Part shown: in pieces, positions 43,564-52,775 of the stretch
How the letters are laid out: the number at the start of each line of letters is the position of its first letter
How positions within the stretch are numbered: the stretch's first letter is position 1
NCBI GenBank assembly: GCA_034423215.1
Contig: DAOUIY010000060.1
Location: 11,305 to 75,304, forward strand
DNA from: Dehalococcoidia bacterium
GTDB taxonomy: Bacteria > Chloroflexota > Dehalococcoidia > Lucifugimonadales > UBA3495
Reading direction: 5' to 3'
Length of the DNA: 64,000 nucleotides
The notes under the pieces: generated by a model
Told to the model about the DNA's origin: nothing
Seen by the model: the letters and a program-made list of their open reading frames with translations, nothing else
The model's database searches: none
Position numbers and translations under genes: made by a program

Positions 43564-44005
43564 ATGGATTCCGATTCACACGAGGGCCGTATTGAATGGC
43601 TGGAATTGGAAGTGGAGACACTCAAGAACACCGTGGCAACCCTGGAAGCCACCATTGGCAACCCTGCTACAGGACGCCAACTGGAAAGGCCAGGTCGGAC
43701 ATCCAATCAGAACTGATATGGAAGTTCGGTACGTGGAATATCCTGGTTGTGTTTGGCGTCATCGGCATCATCGGGGTCGTGGTCGCGGTATTGGCCTGCC
43801 TGGACTAGCGGCCAACGCTTCCGGCAACATAGCTTGCACAGGTAACCATGCCCCGCCAACTTGGGCGGGGCATGGTCATGCCGGCTTTGTTTACGCTATT
43901 GACCGGTAACGGCGCCCTGTTGCGGGTGCCTTGGCCGCTGTAGTAGGCCACAGCCGGGAACACCGTCGCCGGCGCCCCTGCTGAACCTCCTTCCAGCAAT
44001 GCCCC

Positions 44006-44596
44006 TTAATCCGCGCTGATTCCCAGTTCCGACTGCAGGTCGCGGATGGTCTGCGACCGGTTGCGGGTGGGGACGCGTACCCGCATCCCTATCGGCTCGT
44101 TCTCCACCTCCGGCACCACCTTTATGGAAACGAACACCGGACCCGTATCCTGCATTATCTGCCCAATGTTGGTGGCAAACTCTTCCAGGTCGTCAAAGCT
44201 GTACGCGGACGAATACCCGGCCTCCTTGGCGACTCCCGCGTAGTTGATTTCCTGGGCGTTGGGCACCGGCTGCCCGCCCGTGGTGGCGTAGCACTCATTG
44301 TCCAGCAGGATATGGCAGAAGTTGTCCGGCTTCTTCCCGGCAATGGTAGCCAGGATTCCCAGGTTCATCAGCAGCGACCCCTCGGAATCGAACAGCACTA
44401 CCTTCTCTTCGGGCAGGCCCAGGGCCAGTCCCAGGGCCGCCGATGTCGTGTGCCCCATGGCGCCGCCCAGGTTCAGGTCCCGGTTCTCGTTGGTGGTGAA
44501 CTCCCGCCAGTGCCGCCCCGACGTGCCCGTAGGAATTACGATGGCGTCGCCCCGGTGCTCCTGGAAAACTCGAAATACGTCTGATGACTGGATCAT
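44006..44596 (-). CDS. thiamine-diphosphate enzyme, beta (PP-binding) subunit, sulfopyruvate/phosphonopyruvate decarboxylase-like
   Basis: LGGAMGHTTSAALGLALGLPEEKVVLFDSEGSLLMNLGILATIA...ILLDNECYATTGGQ is the TPP-binding GDG-like/N motif region. 196 aa. Confidence 0.6.
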   Translation of the reverse strand: MIQSSDVFRVFQEHRGDAIVIPTGTSGRHWREFTTNENRDLNLGGAMGHTTSAALGLALGLPEEKVVLFDSEGSLLMNLGILATIAGKKPDNFCHILLDNECYATTGGQPVPNAQEINYAGVAKEAGYSSAYSFDDLEEFATNIGQIMQDTGPVFVSIKVVPEVENEPIGMRVRVPTRNRSQTIRDLQSELGISAD

Positions 44597-44640
44597 TCAT
44601 TGCCTCCGTCACGCAATTCTTGGCTAAAGTGGTCGGGCTT

Positions 44641-44781
44641 CTAGGGGGTGTCGTCAAATCCACCGTCATTCCTGCGAAGGCAGGAATCTTAACTACTGCC
44701 GGTCGAGGTTCCCGCCTTCGCGGGAACGACGAAAAGGAGCAGTTCGGAAGCTACCACTTTCAATTTGACGACACCCCCCAG
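44641..44781 (+). repeat. interspersed repeat, family B
   Basis: ctagggggtgtcgtcaaatccaccgtcattcctgcgaaggcaggaatc...ggtcgaggttcccgccttcgcgggaacgacg...caatttgacgacacccccc. Confidence 0.85.
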
Positions 44782-44933
44782 GGTGAGCGGAAGCTCTGCC
44801 CATTATTTCAAATATGCCGCACCATCAGACAGGCCGGAGTTCAGATTCCTGCCTTCGCAGGAATGACGAGTCAGTGCATTGCCGTCATTTCAAAGAAGGT
44901 TACTTCCTCGCCGCTTCAAGCCGCCGGCTGCCG

Positions 44934-45710
44934 TCAATCCGCCGGGGCGGCGGCGCGGACGGGGTCGGAGCCCCTGCCCTCAGGTCCTCCGTAGCCAGAC
45001 CCTCCGTAGCCAGACCCGCCGTGTAGAGAAGCCGCAGCCGTGCCGGCCTGCTCCGACGGGTCCTGTTCGCCCTGGGTTATGGGGCGGCTTCGGAAGGCAA
45101 TGGCCCCTTTCACGTATCCCATTACGACACGCAGGGCAAACTCCAGGATGACCAGGAAGGCGAAGTAATAGAATATTAGCTCCCGGTGATTGTTGGCGTC
45201 TCTCAGAACCGCCAGGGAGTCCTGCGGGTTGAAGTAGGAAGCATCTATGATGAAGATGCCCAGGACGGCGAAGGGCAGTATCTTGGACAGGTCCCTGGCC
45301 AGGTCCTCATGGTAATACGCCGCCACCCGGATGGCGCTGACCGTGGCCAGGGCCACCAGCAGCACCTGCGAAAAGGCACGGTCCTTGGAAAGGAGGGTAA
45401 GAATAAGCGTGAGGACCGCAAACCAGAAGAAGGCGAAGACGGGGAAGACCACAACATACTTGACCACGTACATGGCGACGTGGACCAGTCCCCTGAGGGC
45501 CCGGTGCGGGGACTCCTCGTGCCCGGACAGGTCAAACTTGAACATATCCCGGGAAGACAGGAAGCGGTAGAAGTGGAATATGAAAGCCGCATAAAGGGCG
45601 ATGCCGACGATATAGATACCTACGTTAAGGATGTGCTCGATGGCATCGGAAAGGCTCAGCCCGTTGGGAAAGACCAGGCTAATGTAAGTTTCAATGTTCA
45701 TGGAATCCAC
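44934..45710 (-). CDS. hypothetical polytopic membrane protein
   Basis: 258 aa with about 6 hydrophobic segments and a Gly/Ser-rich C-terminal tail (GGSGYGGSGYGGPEG). No family recognised. Confidence 0.55.
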   Translation of the reverse strand: MDSMNIETYISLVFPNGLSLSDAIEHILNVGIYIVGIALYAAFIFHFYRFLSSRDMFKFDLSGHEESPHRALRGLVHVAMYVVKYVVVFPVFAFFWFAVLTLILTLLSKDRAFSQVLLVALATVSAIRVAAYYHEDLARDLSKILPFAVLGIFIIDASYFNPQDSLAVLRDANNHRELIFYYFAFLVILEFALRVVMGYVKGAIAFRSRPITQGEQDPSEQAGTAAASLHGGSGYGGSGYGGPEGRGSDPVRAAAPAD

Positions 45711-45887
45711 CCCACCCTCAAGTATGCCGCTGTTCTTGCCCTTGCCCGAGTGTAAAACGCGCTAATGCCATGTTATGTTTACCGGCGCCGGGCGGTCAAT
45801 AGGTGAACGGCGGCGGGATGGGGTAATCCGGGGCTGGACAGACAAAAGCTCCTCCATTTGCACGGGAGGGGCTGAGGAAGCAACCCT

Positions 45888-46026
45888 GGCTTGCATCAAC
45901 GAAACCACCCGGAAGCCCGCTCATGGTGAGCTTGTCGAACCATCACATATCAATATGGGAACGGGCGGCCCTTCGACAGGCTCAGGGTGAGCCGAAACTC
46001 TTTCCATCGGTTCAAACAGGTTGAAC
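45888..46026 (-). repeat. interspersed repeat, family A
   Basis: cccgctcatggtgagcttgtcgaaccatc...ggcggcccttcgacaggctcagggtgagccg. Ends 1 nt before the histidine kinase stop codon. Confidence 0.8.
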
Positions 46027-46027
46027 G

Positions 46028-48415
46028 CTAGCCTTCCACCGCGGCCTGTTCTTCCTGTTCCAGTTCTTCCTGCTCCGCCTGGTCCTCCGGTTGCTGGTCG
46101 TGGTCCTCCTCTATGCTTGCCGTGGGCCGGACCAGGGGCAACTCAATCTGCATATTGGTAAACTCCCCCGGCTCGGAGGTTACGTCAATCGTGCCGCCGT
46201 GTTCGCGCACTATGTCATTGGAAATTGCCAGACCCAATCCGGTGCCCTGGTCGGAGGGCTTGGTGGTGAAGAAGGGATTGAAAATCTTCTCGATAACGTC
46301 GGGGGGCATACCGTTGCCATTGTCCCGTATGTTGATCTCAATGGTCTCATCGTGGCGGTGGGTGGTGAGCAGAAGGACGGGCATGAAACTCACGCCCTTC
46401 TCCAACAACTGCATTCGCTTTTCGTTGGTGGCATAGCAGGCGTTGCTCACCATGTTCAGGAAGACGCGGCCCAGGTCCTGGGGAATAACCTCCAGCTCTC
46501 CCACTGCCGGGTCCAGGTCATATTGCAGGTCCAGCTGGAACTCGGTGTCGGTGGCGCGGGCGCTGTGGTACGCCAGCCTGGAATGTTCGTCCACCAGGCG
46601 GTTGATGTCGGTAAGCTGAAACTCGCCGGACCCCCGGCTCATCATGAGCATATCGTGGACAATGCGGTTGGCCCGGTCGCCGTGGTTGCGGATGCGCTCC
46701 ATGTTGTCGTTCAGGTCGTCGGAAATCTCCTGGATCAGGCCGCGCTGGTCTTCGGACAGGGAATCCCCGGCATCTTCCAGCACTTCCTGGAGTTCAACCA
46801 GCAACTCCACCGATGACTCCGAGAAGTTCTTGACGAAATTGAGGGGATTACGGATTTCGTGGGCCACGCCGGCCGTCAGTTCGCCCAGGCTCGCCAGCTT
46901 TTGCTGGGTTACAATCTGGTCCTGGGCCCGGCGCAGTTCCTCGAAGGCGGCCTGCAGTTCATCATTTTTCTCCTGCAGGTCCTCGGCCAGCAACTCGACC
47001 AGGTTGAGGCGCTGGACTTCCAGGGCGTGGAGGCGGAACACTTCCACCGCCGCCGCCATATCGGCGACCTCATCGTGGCCGCCCACCTCTACCTCGGCCT
47101 CCAGGTCACCGGCGGCCATGCGGCGCATCCAGGCCGACAACATTCCCAACCGCCGCAGGAGGATGCGTCCCACCAGCAGCCAGGCTACCACCGCGGCCAC
47201 GACTATGCTGATTAAGCTGATTACCAGGAGCAGGGTTCTACCGGCAAGTATGGCCTGGGTGGAGGCTTCGGTGGCCTGCTGGGCGCTGGCTCGGGCCGCT
47301 CCCACCAACTCGTCCACGCTGGACACCATGGACCCCGCCACCACCCGATTGCTGTCCAGCAACTCGCTCTGGCGCTCAATCAGGCGGAGTTCATCGTAGA
47401 GCACGTTGAAGCCGTTGCCTTCGGCGGTGCCCAGTTCGGCCAGGGTTTCGAAGATAGGGGCGATGTCGGCGTGGACGGGGGAACCCTGCAGCAGGGCCAG
47501 GTTGAGATTTATCCGGTTTATCGCCGCCTCGAACCGCTCCTTCAGGGGTTCCAGCGCGGCAGCCTCGGAAACGGTAAAGGCATTGCCCAACAACTCCGTG
47601 GCTATGTTGGCGTCGGCCTGCAACTCGGACAATAGCCGGTAGGAATCCAGCTCCTCGGACGAGAAATGGACCGCGGGCGGGTCCGGGGGGCTGTCAATTT
47701 CACGGTAGCCGGTCATGGTATAGAAAAGCTGGTCATCAAGGGCGGTTACCAGGGTAACGTCCAGGTCCCGGCGTACTGCCGCCAGCCTTTCGCGGAGCAC
47801 CTCGCGCTTTTCGCCCTGGAAAAGCAGTTCGGTGCGCTGATTGCGAATGGTCTTGATGTTGGTGGTCAGCAGGTGAGCGTCGTCGCGAACATTCTGAAAG
47901 TTAGCCGACTCCGCCTCCAGTTCGTCCGAGCCCAGCAGCAGGGCTTCCAGGGAGAGAAGCTCCCTCTCCAGGGAATCGCTGTCCTCAGAAATGCTGCTGT
48001 AAACCTGGTCCAGTTCCGATATGTCCTGGGCGGCCACAATCCGGGGGGCGCCGGAAACCAGGCTGCCGCTGTATTGGGCCACGCCAAAGGCGGTGACCAT
48101 TTCGGGGATGCTCTCTTCGTTAACGTGCCTCTGGGCCGTGCCCACCCGGTCGAAGGAAAACCAGCCCACGATGCTGGCGCTCACGGTAAGGGCTACGATG
48201 AGGGCAAAAGCAAGGTAAAGCTGGGTGGAAATCTTTCGGCGGCTCTGGAGCAGCCTGGGCCAGAGTTGTCGAAGGTTGGCCCGCGCCGCCAGAAACTCGC
48301 TTTCGGTCATGGGTTGCTTGAGGCGTCTTCCCGCTCCCGCGAAGGCTCGTCGCAGGAAACCGGGGCGCGGAGATTCACCTTCGGAGCGGAACGACTCTTC
48401 TGATCCATTCGTCAT
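46028..48415 (-). CDS. membrane sensor histidine kinase (large extracytoplasmic domain, HAMP, HisKA, HATPase_c)
   Basis: H-box AGVAHEIRNPLNF, N-box VFLNMVSNACYA, G1 DNGNGM, G2 GTGLGLAIS, HAMP MAAGDLEAEVEVGGHDEVADMAAAVEVF. Two TM segments flank a ~330-aa domain. Confidence 0.9.
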   Translation of the reverse strand: MTNGSEESFRSEGESPRPGFLRRAFAGAGRRLKQPMTESEFLAARANLRQLWPRLLQSRRKISTQLYLAFALIVALTVSASIVGWFSFDRVGTAQRHVNEESIPEMVTAFGVAQYSGSLVSGAPRIVAAQDISELDQVYSSISEDSDSLERELLSLEALLLGSDELEAESANFQNVRDDAHLLTTNIKTIRNQRTELLFQGEKREVLRERLAAVRRDLDVTLVTALDDQLFYTMTGYREIDSPPDPPAVHFSSEELDSYRLLSELQADANIATELLGNAFTVSEAAALEPLKERFEAAINRINLNLALLQGSPVHADIAPIFETLAELGTAEGNGFNVLYDELRLIERQSELLDSNRVVAGSMVSSVDELVGAARASAQQATEASTQAILAGRTLLLVISLISIVVAAVVAWLLVGRILLRRLGMLSAWMRRMAAGDLEAEVEVGGHDEVADMAAAVEVFRLHALEVQRLNLVELLAEDLQEKNDELQAAFEELRRAQDQIVTQQKLASLGELTAGVAHEIRNPLNFVKNFSESSVELLVELQEVLEDAGDSLSEDQRGLIQEISDDLNDNMERIRNHGDRANRIVHDMLMMSRGSGEFQLTDINRLVDEHSRLAYHSARATDTEFQLDLQYDLDPAVGELEVIPQDLGRVFLNMVSNACYATNEKRMQLLEKGVSFMPVLLLTTHRHDETIEINIRDNGNGMPPDVIEKIFNPFFTTKPSDQGTGLGLAISNDIVREHGGTIDVTSEPGEFTNMQIELPLVRPTASIEEDHDQQPEDQAEQEELEQEEQAAVEG

Positions 48416-49677
48416 GGAAACACATCCCGCAAATCTTCTATTGCCCGGTACTTGCCGTCGGCCCCGATTGCGGTGAGGAAGACCGCATCGGAACCCTGGT
48501 TATCGGCAAACCCGAACTTGAGCATGAAACCGTCTATGTCAATGGCATCGGAGTCTTTCAGGGTCTCGACGAAACAGTCCCTGCTAACGTCCCGGCCGCA
48601 AGCCTCCAGGCCAAAAATGGTCATTCGCCCGGCGATATACCCTTCGAGAGACCCCCAGCCGGGTTCCGCCTGCGCGTCGAACTCCCGCAGGGCGGCATGG
48701 TAGGATTCTACAACGGGAATGGACTTGTCGGAAGGGAAGGGCACCACCTGGGTTACCAGGACATTATCACCGTCCGGCCCCAGGAACTCGGCCAGGGCGT
48801 TGCTGCCCACAAAGGAAATAGTAATGAAGACCGCATCCAGGCCGATGCGCTTGGCCCACTTGATGAGGGTCGCTACCTGCTGGTAGGCGCCCACCATGAT
48901 TACGGCTTCGGGATTTCCCCTTTGCAGGTCCAGCAGGGCGGTTTTCACCGCCAGGGTATTGCGCGGGTAAAAGCCCACGGATACCGGTTCCATGTCCCGC
49001 CGGTCCAGGGCCATGGTGGCGCCCACCAGGCCGGCGCGGCCAAAGGAGTCGTCCTGGTACAGCACGGCAATCCGCTCGATGCCCAGGTCGTCGGTCAGCC
49101 TGGCGACCATTTCCTCCGTTTCCTGGTTGTAGGAGGCGCGAAAATTGATGACGTTGTTCCACTTGGATTCCCGCAGGAAGGCGGCGCCGGTGAAGGGAGC
49201 GACGTAGGGAACGCCGGCGTCATGGGCTACGGGCACTGCAGAGCGGGACGTGGGCGTTCCCACGGCGCCAATCAGGGCGAATACCGCCTCTTCTTCAATC
49301 AACTCGAAAGTGTTGACTATGGCCGCCTCGGGTTCGTAGGCATCATCCAGCGAAACCAGTTGCAGTTCACGACCGTGAACGCCGCCTTCCTGGTTGGCCT
49401 CGTTGAAAGCCGCCCGGATTCCCAGTTCCATGTTGGTGCCCAGTTCCCAGGCGGGGCCGCTGAAGGCAGCGGACTGGCCAAACAGGATTGCGCCGTCCGA
49501 AACGCCCTGGCGCTGATTCAGGTCCTGGGGGCTAATGGTGGGGGCTGCCGTGGGTTCCGGCGTTTCCTCTTCTATGCCGGGGCCGAGGTCGCAAGCCGCT
49601 GCGGCCAGCCCAAAGAGGAGGGCAATTGCGACAATGGCCAATACCGTCGGAAGCGTTGGGGCCTTCATAGGTAACAT
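48412..49677 (-). CDS. periplasmic solute-binding lipoprotein (LivK/Peripla_BP_6-like)
   Basis: Lipobox GLAAAAC. ILFGQSAAFSGPAWELGTNMELGIRAAFNEANQEGGVHGRELQLVSLDDAYEP is typical of branched-chain amino-acid/amide-type binding proteins. 4-nt overlap with the kinase gene. Confidence 0.8.
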   Translation of the reverse strand: MLPMKAPTLPTVLAIVAIALLFGLAAAACDLGPGIEEETPEPTAAPTISPQDLNQRQGVSDGAILFGQSAAFSGPAWELGTNMELGIRAAFNEANQEGGVHGRELQLVSLDDAYEPEAAIVNTFELIEEEAVFALIGAVGTPTSRSAVPVAHDAGVPYVAPFTGAAFLRESKWNNVINFRASYNQETEEMVARLTDDLGIERIAVLYQDDSFGRAGLVGATMALDRRDMEPVSVGFYPRNTLAVKTALLDLQRGNPEAVIMVGAYQQVATLIKWAKRIGLDAVFITISFVGSNALAEFLGPDGDNVLVTQVVPFPSDKSIPVVESYHAALREFDAQAEPGWGSLEGYIAGRMTIFGLEACGRDVSRDCFVETLKDSDAIDIDGFMLKFGFADNQGSDAVFLTAIGADGKYRAIEDLRDVFP

Positions 49678-49691
49678 GCGGAAATGCCGAA

Positions 49692-50111
49692 TTACTCGGA
49701 TTTGCGGATCACCATGGTGGAATAATTCCTGGAATCCTCTCGACGATACTGGAAATCCTCGGTCATTTCCATCACGAAGTAGATTCCCAGGCCACCAATG
49801 GGACGTTCATCAACAGCCCCTTCGGTGACGGGAGCCTTGACATCCTCAAGAGGATTGAATGGACGGCCGTCGTCAATGAACTCAATGATGATTTTATCGG
49901 GGCCGGAGACAAGAGAAAGGTCAAAGGAGTGAACACCCTCGTCGTAGCCGTAGTTCATAATGTTGAGACCAAATTCCTCGAGGACCAGGTTGGCCTTGAA
50001 GACCAGGGCCGGGGGCCAGTCTTCCACTTCGGCCAGCTTTTCCACCTCTGCAAAAATGCGCTGTAATTCCTCGGGCTTGGTCTCAACCCGTAGATCTATT
50101 CTGGAGGTCAT
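49692..50111 (-). CDS. RsbW/SpoIIAB-like anti-sigma-type serine kinase (HATPase_c_2)
   Basis: LVLEEFGLNIMNYG (N-box), DDGRPFNP (G1), GGLGIYFV (G2). 139 aa. Confidence 0.75.
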   Translation of the reverse strand: MTSRIDLRVETKPEELQRIFAEVEKLAEVEDWPPALVFKANLVLEEFGLNIMNYGYDEGVHSFDLSLVSGPDKIIIEFIDDGRPFNPLEDVKAPVTEGAVDERPIGGLGIYFVMEMTEDFQYRREDSRNYSTMVIRKSE

Positions 50112-51283
50112 TAAGCCTTCTCACTTCGACAGAGGGTGAGGCAGGTAATGTCGTCGGACTGCGGAGTTTCACCGGCAAAAGAACGGACGCCGCGGAAGAT
50201 TGCGTTGTTGATATCCTCCGGGTTGTTTGAAGGGTTTTCGGCCAGGACCTGGGCCATGCGCCCAACGCCGTATTCCTCTCCATGCTCGTTCATTGCTTCC
50301 GAAACCCCGTCGGAGTAGAAGAAGACCGTATCGCCGGGAGCGACGCTGTAGGTCTCCTGGCTGTATTCCAGGTCGTCAATTACGCCCATGGCGACGCCGC
50401 CGGTATATGGCAGGGCGATGACGCTTCCGTCGCTGTGCCGGACGTATGGCGCGGTATGCCCGCCGTTGGCGTAGGTCAGGGTGCCGGTGGCGGTATCATA
50501 AACGGCATACAGCAGGGTAACGAACATCATCGCGTCGTTGCCCTCGCACAGCAGGTCGTTGACCTCTTTCAGCACATCGCCGGGCTCGTAATTGCCGATG
50601 GCCGAGCCCTTGAGCAGGGTCCGGCTGGACATCATAAAGAGGGCCGCCGGCACTCCCTTGTCGGACACGTCGGCAATCGCCAGGCCAATTCGGCCCCGGC
50701 CCAGGTTAATCACGTCGTAGAAGTCGCCGCCCACTTCCTTGGCCGGCTCCATGCTGGCGAAGACGCCGAAGTCGGGCCCGGCGGGGAACTGGGTGGGAAG
50801 GATGGACTGCTGAATTTTGCTGGCTACGTTCAGCTCGTTTTCGAGGCTGACCAGGCGGTCCCTTGAAGACAGGGCGTCCCGCCATTCCACCAGGTGCGCC
50901 AGCGTCCGGTCAATGGTTATCTGAAGGTCGTCGAAGTCCAGGGGCTTGGTGACGAAATCGAAGGCCCCCCGGTTCATGGCGGTGCGAATGTTCTTCATAT
51001 CTCCGTAGGCGGAGATAATGATTGACCGCACGTTGGGATCTATCTTGGGGATCTGTTCCAGCAGGGTGAGCCCATCCATCTGGGGCATATTGATGTCCGA
51101 GATGACCATGTCTATGTTTTCTTCTTCACGGAGACGTTCCAGGGCTTCCACGCCGTTATGGGCGAATACAAAACTGTATTGACCGGAACGTATGCGCCGG
51201 CGCATACGCTGCAAGACTAGCGGTTCAAGGTCCGGCTCGTCATCCACCACCAGGATTTTGAATCCATCTGACATTACTCCCAT
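50111..51283 (-). CDS. response regulator receiver fused to PP2C/SpoIIE phosphatase (RsbU-like)
   Basis: ILVVDDEPDLE...MVISDINMPQMDG (REC), then GGDFYDV...DVSDKGVPAALFM...SDGVSEA...DDITCL (PP2C motifs). Confidence 0.88.
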   Translation of the reverse strand: MGVMSDGFKILVVDDEPDLEPLVLQRMRRRIRSGQYSFVFAHNGVEALERLREEENIDMVISDINMPQMDGLTLLEQIPKIDPNVRSIIISAYGDMKNIRTAMNRGAFDFVTKPLDFDDLQITIDRTLAHLVEWRDALSSRDRLVSLENELNVASKIQQSILPTQFPAGPDFGVFASMEPAKEVGGDFYDVINLGRGRIGLAIADVSDKGVPAALFMMSSRTLLKGSAIGNYEPGDVLKEVNDLLCEGNDAMMFVTLLYAVYDTATGTLTYANGGHTAPYVRHSDGSVIALPYTGGVAMGVIDDLEYSQETYSVAPGDTVFFYSDGVSEAMNEHGEEYGVGRMAQVLAENPSNNPEDINNAIFRGVRSFAGETPQSDDITCLTLCRSEKA

Positions 51284-51418
51284 TCTCTCCCATTTCGGAT
51301 TCTATCTTTCGCTATTCTGTAGCAGTCAGCGCGAAATTGGGCCTGCATTCACCGGGGAGCCGCCCTTTCGGAAGCGGCCCGTTCCGCCCGGGAAGGGGTC
51401 CAACAGCTCAGCGAAAAA

Positions 51419-51754
51419 CTAGCCGATGGAGCCGATGGCCGCGTCCTGCGAATCGTGAATGGGAATAATCTTGTCGAAGCCGCTGATTACGAAGACTTCC
51501 TTGACGGGCTCAGACAAGGCACAGGCCGCCATTTTGGCCCCCTGGCGCTGCAGGTCCTTGGCAATCAGCAAGACCACTCGCAGGCCCGCGCTGCTGATGT
51601 AGGTAAGGTTTTCCAAATCGAGAATGACGGCCCGGTCGGAATCAACTATTTCCGATTTCATGGCGTCCTGGAATTCCGTGGCGTTGGTGCCGTCCACACG
51701 CCCATCGGCCTTCAAAACCAGGTTTGTACCTTCACGACGCGACTCCACGTTCAT
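51419..51754 (-). CDS. STAS-domain anti-sigma-factor antagonist (RsbV/SpoIIAA-like)
   Basis: VILDLENLTYISSAGLRVVLL contains the conserved phosphorylatable Ser context (DLxxxxxISSxGL). Confidence 0.85.
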   Translation of the reverse strand: MNVESRREGTNLVLKADGRVDGTNATEFQDAMKSEIVDSDRAVILDLENLTYISSAGLRVVLLIAKDLQRQGAKMAACALSEPVKEVFVISGFDKIIPIHDSQDAAIGSIG

Positions 51755-52629
51755 ATACGTTGCCTCCTAATCGATTCCTCGATGAAGTTTTACTATTCAA
51801 TCCTCAGGCGCAATCGTTCACGCTGCCGAATTCAAAGACTATAGCCAGTCCATTCAACATAATAACCCATATATTGCGTTACAACAAACCTCAAACCTCG
51901 GCACAAGACAATCCACGGGTCAAGCCGGCGGCGGCCGCTTTCAAAGCGCCAAACTCAATCGAGCTTCACCTGCCGGGCCCAATGGTTGAAGATGGGGCGC
52001 TTTGCGGGTGCCGGCGCATCCGTCCGGGTCAATTTCTACGACAATCGCTGCCCTGCGCCCACAACCGGCGGAGACCTGTACCCCACCCACCTATAACGCC
52101 AAACGGGCCGTGAAAGACCGGTAATCTGACCCAGCGTGGGCAAGGGGCCTTGCTGCGCCCCTGGCATCCTCGCAATTCTATGGCTCAAAAGTAGGGCTGA
52201 GTTCCGCCCCATGGGCCGAAACGGGCCAAAAGCGAACCCTTTGACTCGGCAGTTAATTATGCCACCATTTCACAAACATGGTAAGACCCCGTATGGTAAG
52301 TTCCTGTCATAACCTCGCCCAAACCGGCAGAACCGGTTCGGCGCGGCCAGAACCGCGACTGCGCAGGACAGTTTGCCCTGGCCGCAACTACGGCCACCCG
52401 TACTGCCGCAGCCTTGCCGGCAAAGCCGTATCGCAGCACGACGAAAGGGACGGAAGGCGGCAACCTGGGACGGAAGTGAGTTAGGGACCGGCTGCGCTGT
52501 CCGCCGGTGAGACCGAAAGCAGGCGAGTTGCCGGCCCAGAGAGGCCCAGAGAATGGGAGCGGGATTAGCCCCCATCCTTGTGACCAATCTTGCGCCGCCA
52601 CATCCACGGGGCTTGTTGACGGGGCCCGT

Positions 52630-52775
52630 TGACCGAAACCGTCAATGGGCAGGAACGGTAGTCCGCTCATGGCGAGCCTGTCGAACCATCAAACTGTCAA
52701 TCTGCGAGCGGGCGGCCCTTCGACAGGCTCAGGGTGAGCGGAATGACCACCCATCGCTTCAAAGATGTGCGCCAC
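52630..52775 (-). repeat. interspersed repeat, family A
   Basis: gtagtccgctcatggcgagcctgtcgaaccatcaaactgtcaatctgcgagcgggcggcccttcgacaggctcagggtgagcgg. Confidence 0.8.

Noticed and set aside
10615-44781. Family-B repeats as IS630/Tc1-type MITEs with TA target-site duplication
   Set aside because: TA/TAG/TAA is found next to one terminus in most copies, but I could not find a matching duplication on the opposite side (for example at the left flanks of 10615 and 37591). No target-site duplication or superfamily is claimed.
52300-52560. Possible RNase P RNA or other structured RNA (cagaaccggttcgg resembles the P4 3' strand ACAGAACCCGGCTTA)
   Set aside because: No GAGGAAAGTCC-type 5' P4 strand or other universally conserved RNase P blocks were found on either strand. 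The resemblance is too short to call. The region is kept only as an unexplained gene-poor stretch.
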